The notes under the pieces were generated by a model that had not been told where the DNA came from, did not search any database, and was given only the letters and a program-made list of their open reading frames with translations. The position numbers and the translations under genes are program-made. DNA of 54,831 nucleotides. Source: Actinomycetota bacterium. GTDB lineage: Bacteria > Actinomycetota > Acidimicrobiia > IMCC26256 > VFJJ01. The stretch covers positions 1 through 54,831 of the forward strand of contig VFJJ01000049.1 of assembly GCA_009886115.1 (NCBI GenBank), written 5' to 3'. This document shows positions 49,583 to 54,831 of the stretch, piece after piece. Numbering within the stretch: position 1 is the stretch's first letter; each line of letters starts with the position of its first letter.

Positions 49583-49655
49583 GCCCTCGTAGCTCAGGGG
49601 ATAGAGCGTCGGTTTCCTAAACCGTGCGTCGCATGTTCGAATCATGCCGAGGGCG
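49583..49655 (+). tRNA. tRNA-Arg(CCT)
   Basis: Acceptor GCCCTCG/CGAGGGC, D-arm AGCTCAGGGGATAGAGC, anticodon loop TTCCTAA and T-arm GCATG-TTCGAAT-CATGC. CCA is not encoded. Confidence 0.95.
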
Positions 49656-49815
49656 CTGCACTTCTGGGCTCGGCCTGCTGGGGCGACGCCCATCGACGCA
49701 GGGGACCGACTCGCCGTCACCGACCCGCCATGGGGAGCGCGTGCGGCGGGGCGCTCAGGTCGTCGTCCTCGCTCATCGCAGATCGTGGCGCTCTGGCCGG
49801 ACCGACGACGCCAGG

Positions 49816-50532
49816 TCAGGTCCGGGTGAGGACCACCTTGAGGGCGCCGGTGTCGGCGGCCCGAGCGAAGACGTCGTCGGCGTCGTCGAACTGGTCGAGG
49901 GTGAAGTGGTGGGTCACGAAGCGGTCGGCGTCGATCTCGTGTCCCTGGGTCAGCTTCAGCAGCGTCGGGGTGGAGTACGTGTCGACGAGACCGGTGGTGA
50001 TGGTGACGTTGCGGATCCACAGTTCCTCGAGGTGCAGGGTGACCGGCTTGCCGTGGACGCCGATGTTGGCGATGTGGCCACCCGGGCGGGCCAGCTGGGT
50101 GGCGAGCTCGAAGGTTTCAGGCACGCCGACGGCTTCGATGGCGACATCGTGGCTCGGGCTGAACAGCCGCGCACCCATCATCGCCGAGAGGCCGATCGGG
50201 CCGGCGACGACGACGGCGCCGACGTCACCGACGACGGCGACGACGTCACCGGGCTGCACCGCGCCGTTGAGGACGCCGACCTCGTATCCGGTGGGGAGGA
50301 TGTCAGCGAGCGTGAGGATCTGCTCGTCGGTCACGCCGGCGGGGATGGCGTAGGTGGAGTTGTCGGCGAACGGGACCCGGACGTACTCGGCCTGGGTGCC
50401 GTCGATCTTGCGGCCGAGGATCCGGCCACCCCCGCCGAGGCACTGTCCATAGCTGCCCTCGCGGCAGTAGCGGCAGGCACCGCAGGCGGTCACGCAGGAC
50501 ACGAGGACGCGGTCGCCGACCTTCACGTTCTT
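49816..50532 (-). pseudogene. Zinc-dependent alcohol dehydrogenase, 5'-truncated with internal deletion
   Basis: Begins at KVGDRV..C..C..C..C; has GTQAEYVRVP and DILPTGYE; jumps from SPSH to DVAIEAVG; lacks the N-terminal catalytic-Zn Cys and GHE. Confidence 0.8.
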
Positions 50533-50869
50533 CGGTCTCGACGCGATCCACAAGGGTCGCCACGACCACATCAAGCTCGCCACCGTCGGCAACCCCGGGC
50601 TCCACCTACCGACGATGGCCGGCGGTCTCCCTGGCGTGTCGACGCTGATGACCCGCTACATGAACCACAAGATGGAGGCGCTCGACATCCCGTCCATCCC
50701 GGAGTTCGTCGAGATGATCGCCGACACCGGTGCCGGCATGGACGCCTGCAAGGCGTCCGTCGACCTCTTCGGGCTCGAGAAGAACGACTTCATCCCCCAG
50801 GTCCAAGACGTCATCACCGTCGGCGAGCTCTACGAGATCGCCGCCGGCGGCCAGATCATCTTCACCTGA
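50522..50869 (+). pseudogene. DsrE/DsrF/DrsH-like (DsrE2) protein, 5'-truncated
   Basis: FTFFGLDAI..., IPS..E..E.....G....ACKAS.DLFG and C-terminal IF; no N-terminal region. Confidence 0.7.
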
Positions 50870-50871
50870 TC

Positions 50872-51243
50872 ATGGCTCACGACACCGACGTCATCGACGA
50901 TCTCAAGGAACCCACCCGCAGCCTCGCCCAAGCCATCCCCGACGCGTGGAACGGGTTCACCCAGCTCCACACGGCCGCCGTCGCTGACGGCGCGCTACCG
51001 GCCAAGGTCAAGGAGCTCATGGCGTTGGCCATCGCCGTGGTCAAGCAGTGCGACGGTTGCATCGCCTACCACGCCAAAGCCGCGGCCCGGCGAGGCGCCA
51101 CCGCCGACGAGGTCGCCGAAGCCCTCGGCGTCGCCCTGCTCATGGACGGCGGCACCGCTTCGGTCTCCGGGCCCCGCGCCTGGGCCGCCTACCGAGAGTT
51201 CGCCACTCCCGGCGCGGCAACCCCGATCGCCGCAACGGCGTGA
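50872..51243 (+). CDS. Carboxymuconolactone decarboxylase/AhpD-like protein
   Basis: GALPAKVKELMALAIAV..QCDGCIAYH..AA...GAT..EV.EA. Confidence 0.88.
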   Translation: MAHDTDVIDDLKEPTRSLAQAIPDAWNGFTQLHTAAVADGALPAKVKELMALAIAVVKQCDGCIAYHAKAAARRGATADEVAEALGVALLMDGGTASVSGPRAWAAYREFATPGAATPIAATA

Positions 51244-51427
51244 CTCTCCCGAGCGACGATTCCGTGTCGTTCGGCGACCCCGATGGTGAGATCGGTGACG
51301 TGTCTCCGGCGCTGCTCGATAGGGAGATCGACGCCGACGTCGAAGGTGCGTCCCTGGTCGCCGCCTTCGAGCATCTGGGGTCACAGGACGAGCGTTCGAG
51401 CATCCCGTGGGCCGTTTCGCCGTCCCC

Positions 51428-52210
51428 TCACACGTACCCATCGGGTGGTGACATTCCCTCAGCCCCGACGGCTCGTGGACCGGGCACGCCACGGAACTTG
51501 AAAGCGACCGGGGGCGCACCGGCCTGACAGACGTACACCTCTCCCGTGAAGGCCCCGGTGAGGCAGGAGAGCACAGCATCGGCGATCTGCTCCGGTGAAA
51601 TGATCGGAAAGTTGCTGTCGATGAGCTCTTGACGGGCTGCTTCAGCAAGCAGGGGTGTATCGGTGATCCCGGGACACACCGCGTTGATGGTGATGCGACG
51701 GTCCTTCAGAGCCGGGCCGAGCGCTCGCACGAGGCCGACAACTGCGTGCTTGGTGGCCGTGTAGATCGGATCGCGTGAGAACGCCACCAAACCGGCAAGC
51801 GACGACGTCACCACGATCGCCCCTCCACCCCGGGCGGACAACGCGGGGATCAGTGCCCGGACACCGAACACGACCCCATCCAGGTTCGCACCGCGAATGC
51901 GCTCGTACTGCTCGTCGGTCATCGACTCGACCGCCTCCCAAACGCCGGTGTTCACGCCGGCGTTGAGATGGGCGAGGTCGACGCCGCCGTGGCGTCGGGT
52001 GACCGAGGCGAGAACGCGGGCCCAGTCAACGGAACGTCCGACGTCTGCCGCTTCGAAGGACCCACCCACCTCCGCCGCCGCAGCGCGGCCCATCTCGACG
52101 TCACGGTCGACGATGACAACCGTCGCCCCAACAGCTGCGAGACGCCGCGCCGTCGCACGACCGATTCCCGACGCCCCCCCAGTGACGATCGCCACCTTCC
52201 CCTCAAGCAT
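51428..52210 (-). CDS. SDR oxidoreductase
   Basis: TGGASGIG, LNAG, YTATKH and NAVCPG. Confidence 0.9.
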   Translation of the reverse strand: MLEGKVAIVTGGASGIGRATARRLAAVGATVVIVDRDVEMGRAAAAEVGGSFEAADVGRSVDWARVLASVTRRHGGVDLAHLNAGVNTGVWEAVESMTDEQYERIRGANLDGVVFGVRALIPALSARGGGAIVVTSSLAGLVAFSRDPIYTATKHAVVGLVRALGPALKDRRITINAVCPGITDTPLLAEAARQELIDSNFPIISPEQIADAVLSCLTGAFTGEVYVCQAGAPPVAFKFRGVPGPRAVGAEGMSPPDGYV

Positions 52211-52508
52211 CCGTCGCCCCTGTCTCGTGAGAGTTTCAGTTTCCACGGTAATTCTCCGAGCGGTGCCAGCGTTGACAGCCAAGCCTGGGCACGGCGGGCG
52301 ACCGGGGGCTACGGTCAAAACGTGCTCGAGAGGCCGCGGCTTGGGGGACGAGCTTCCTGAGCGGACAGAATCAGTGACACAGCCGGTCGTGGGGCGACAT
52401 CCCGTCGACATCCCGTCGACATCCCGGCGGGCCCGATCGGTTTCCAGAGGGTCCAGTGGACCCAGAGGGTCCAGAAGACGCATTGGCATCACGGGAGCGA
52501 GGCGCGAC

Positions 52509-53702
52509 GTGTACGTGGGCTACAGCGAAGAGCAGGAGGCGCTCCGTCAGGAGCTCCGTACCTACTACGAGCGGCTGCTGACGCCGGAGGTGCGCGAGAA
52601 GCTGGCGCACAGCGGCGGCGTCGGTCCGGAGATGCGGGCCGTCTGGAAGCAGATGTGCCAGGACGGCTGGGCCGGCATCGGCTGGCCCACGGAGTACGGC
52701 GGCCAGAACCGCACCGCGCTCGACCAATTCATCTTCTTCGACGAGTCGATGCGCGCCGGCGCCCCGGTGCCGATGCTCACGATCAACACCGTCGGCCCGA
52801 CGATCATGAACTACGGGACCCCGGAGCAGAAGGACTACTTCCTCCCGAAGATCCTGAACGGCGAGATCCACTTCTGCATCGGCTACTCGGAGCCCGAGGC
52901 CGGCACCGACCTCGCCAACCTGAAGACCCGCGCCGACCTCGACGGCGACGAGCTGATCATCAACGGCCAGAAGCTCTGGACGTCGCTCGCGAGCGATGCC
53001 GACTGGTGCTGGCTGGCCGTGCGGACCAACCAGGAAGCCAAGAAGCACAAGGGCATCTCGATGGTGCTCGTACCGCTCAAGGACGCTGAAGGCAACCGCA
53101 CGCCCGGCATCGAGATCCAGCCGTTGCACCTCATGGGCGAGCACGACATCAACGCCGTTTTCTACACCGACGTCCGGGTCCCCAAGGCCAACGTCGTGCT
53201 CGGCATCGACCAGGGCTGGACGCTCATCACCGGTCAGCTCAACCACGAGCGGGTCACGCTGTGCTCGTCGGGCGTGCTCGAACGCATGTTGAACAACGTC
53301 CTCGACTGGGCACAGAACACCAAGCTGGCCGACGGATCTCGCGTCGTCGACCGCGAGTGGGTGCAGATGAACTTCGCCCGCGTCAAGGCGGGCCTGGAGT
53401 TTCTGAAGCTCATCAACTGGAAGGTCGCCTGGACGGTCACCAACGGCCATCTCGACGTCGCCGACGCATCCACGATCAAGGTGCACGGCACCGAGTTCAA
53501 CATGCACGCGATCCGGATGCTCTCGGAGATCATGGGCGAGGCCGCCTACCTCCCGGAAGGGTCCCCCGGGGCGATCCTCAAGGGGCAGTTGGAGCTCTCG
53601 TACCGGGGCATGACGATCCTCACCTTCGGCGGGGGCGTCAACGAGGTGCAGCGTGACCTGATCTCGATCTTCGGCCTCGGCATGCCGCGGTCGATGCGCT
53701 AG
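52509..53702 (+). CDS. Acyl-CoA dehydrogenase, FadE26/ChsE4-like subunit
   Basis: GWP.EYGG, IGYSEP.AGTDLANL, INGQK.WTS, QLNHERV and ILTFGGG.NEVQRD, as recalled for FadE26. Confidence 0.88.
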   Translation: MYVGYSEEQEALRQELRTYYERLLTPEVREKLAHSGGVGPEMRAVWKQMCQDGWAGIGWPTEYGGQNRTALDQFIFFDESMRAGAPVPMLTINTVGPTIMNYGTPEQKDYFLPKILNGEIHFCIGYSEPEAGTDLANLKTRADLDGDELIINGQKLWTSLASDADWCWLAVRTNQEAKKHKGISMVLVPLKDAEGNRTPGIEIQPLHLMGEHDINAVFYTDVRVPKANVVLGIDQGWTLITGQLNHERVTLCSSGVLERMLNNVLDWAQNTKLADGSRVVDREWVQMNFARVKAGLEFLKLINWKVAWTVTNGHLDVADASTIKVHGTEFNMHAIRMLSEIMGEAAYLPEGSPGAILKGQLELSYRGMTILTFGGGVNEVQRDLISIFGLGMPRSMR

Positions 53703-53712
53703 GAGACCGACC

Positions 53713-54828
53713 GTGGACTTCACCTTCAGCGAAGAGCAGCAGGCGGTCAAGGACCTCGCCGCGCAGATCCTCGAGGGCACCATCAGCCACGAGCGCCTCA
53801 AGGAGATGCGGACCAACGGCGAGCACCTCGAGGCCAAGGCCTGGCAGGAGCTGGCCAATGCCGGCCTCATCGGCATCGCGCTCCCCGAGGCGTACGGCGG
53901 GTCCGGGCAGGGGTTCGTCGCGGCGACGCTCGTGCTCGAGCAGATCGGCCGTCACGTGGCGCCCGTCCCCTACTACGCCTCGGCCGTCCTGGGCGCGATG
54001 CCCATCGCCCGCTATGGCACCGAGGCCCAGAAGCAGGCCCTGCTCCCGCCGGCCATCGCCGGCACGCTCATTCTCAGCGGCGCGTACCAGGAGGCGGGCA
54101 CCGCCGCCGAGGAGCCGTACACGCAAGCCGAGTCGACCGACGGAGCCAACGGCAGCGGGCACTGGAGCCTCAGCGGGCAGAAGGACTTCGTGCCCGCCGG
54201 GCTCGACGCCGGCCGCATCGTCGTGTCGGCCCGGACCGGCGACGACGTGGGCCTGTTCCTGCTCGACCCGACGTCAGCCGGGGTCACCGTCGTCCGCCAG
54301 GACACCACCACGGGCATTCCCGAGGCTCGCCTGGAGCTGAGCGGCGCCCCCGCGGATCTGCTCGTCGTCGGACGCGAGGCCCTCGAGTGGACGCTCCAGC
54401 ACGCCATGACCGCCCTGTGCGCCATGGGCGTCGGGGTGTTCGACCGTGAAGTGAGGATGACGGCCGACTACACGAGCACCCGCAAGCAGTTCGACCGGCC
54501 GCTCGCCAGCTTTCAGGCCGTCGGCCAGCGAGCCGCCGACGCGTACATCGACGCCGAGGCCATCCGCCTCACCACCTGGCAGGCCGCCTGGCGGCTCGAG
54601 CATGACCTCCCGGCGGCCGTCGAGGTGACGACCGCCAAGTACTGGCTCGCCGAAGGCGGTCAGCGGGTCGCCGCCGCTGCGCAGCACCTCCACGGCGGCA
54701 TCGGCGTCGACCGCGACTACCCGCTGCACCGCTACTACCTGTGGGCCAAGTGGCTGCAGCTCTCGCTCGGCGGAGCGAGCCACCACCTCCAAAAGCTCGG
54801 CCGCATGCTCGCCGACACGCCCGTCTGA
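53713..54828 (+). CDS. Acyl-CoA dehydrogenase, FadE27/ChsE5-like partner subunit
   Basis: MDFT start, RKQFDRP..SFQAVGQR.AD.YID and HGGIGVD.DYPLHRY; lies adjacent to the FadE26-like gene. Confidence 0.85.
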   Translation: MDFTFSEEQQAVKDLAAQILEGTISHERLKEMRTNGEHLEAKAWQELANAGLIGIALPEAYGGSGQGFVAATLVLEQIGRHVAPVPYYASAVLGAMPIARYGTEAQKQALLPPAIAGTLILSGAYQEAGTAAEEPYTQAESTDGANGSGHWSLSGQKDFVPAGLDAGRIVVSARTGDDVGLFLLDPTSAGVTVVRQDTTTGIPEARLELSGAPADLLVVGREALEWTLQHAMTALCAMGVGVFDREVRMTADYTSTRKQFDRPLASFQAVGQRAADAYIDAEAIRLTTWQAAWRLEHDLPAAVEVTTAKYWLAEGGQRVAAAAQHLHGGIGVDRDYPLHRYYLWAKWLQLSLGGASHHLQKLGRMLADTPV

Positions 54829-54831
54829 CAC

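Noticed and set aside
51244..51427. Gene fragment between the CMD and SDR genes
   Set aside because: No frame gave a recognisable motif.

Overview
GC-rich actinobacterial chromosome segment. The PIM-synthesis genes, MshC-like ligase and WhiB7 point to Actinomycetota; Acidimicrobiia is only a guess. The backbone is the conserved thrS-HIT-(EF-G2)-pgsA-patA-pimA-pdxS-pdxT-yebC cluster, here broken by several insertions. It is followed by mshC/F420 reductase, LysE/Lrp, a liv-type ABC operon, an ECF sigma/anti-sigma pair, aminotransferase/serC, whiB7, lipid or steroid catabolic enzymes, tRNA-Arg(CCT) with an adjacent decayed gene patch, and a FadE26/FadE27-like ACAD pair. Main highlights: (1) A ~3.2-kb degenerate tyrosine-integrase element with phage-satellite-like remnants. 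It is bounded by an exact 35-bp direct repeat (11152-11186 / 14351-14385) inside the 3' end of the PIM acyltransferase gene patA, so integration swapped the PatA C-terminus. (2) A complete uORF/antiterminator/terminator leader upstream of whiB7. (3) A multi-hairpin 5' leader on the DEAD-box helicase. (4) Long perfect palindromes and many short tandem duplications at gene boundaries. (5) Enzymes with altered catalytic residues: a His-for-Lys DegT-family protein, a Cys-less isochorismatase fold and a divergent PIN toxin. All calls come from reading the sequence and recalled motifs; no database searches were run.
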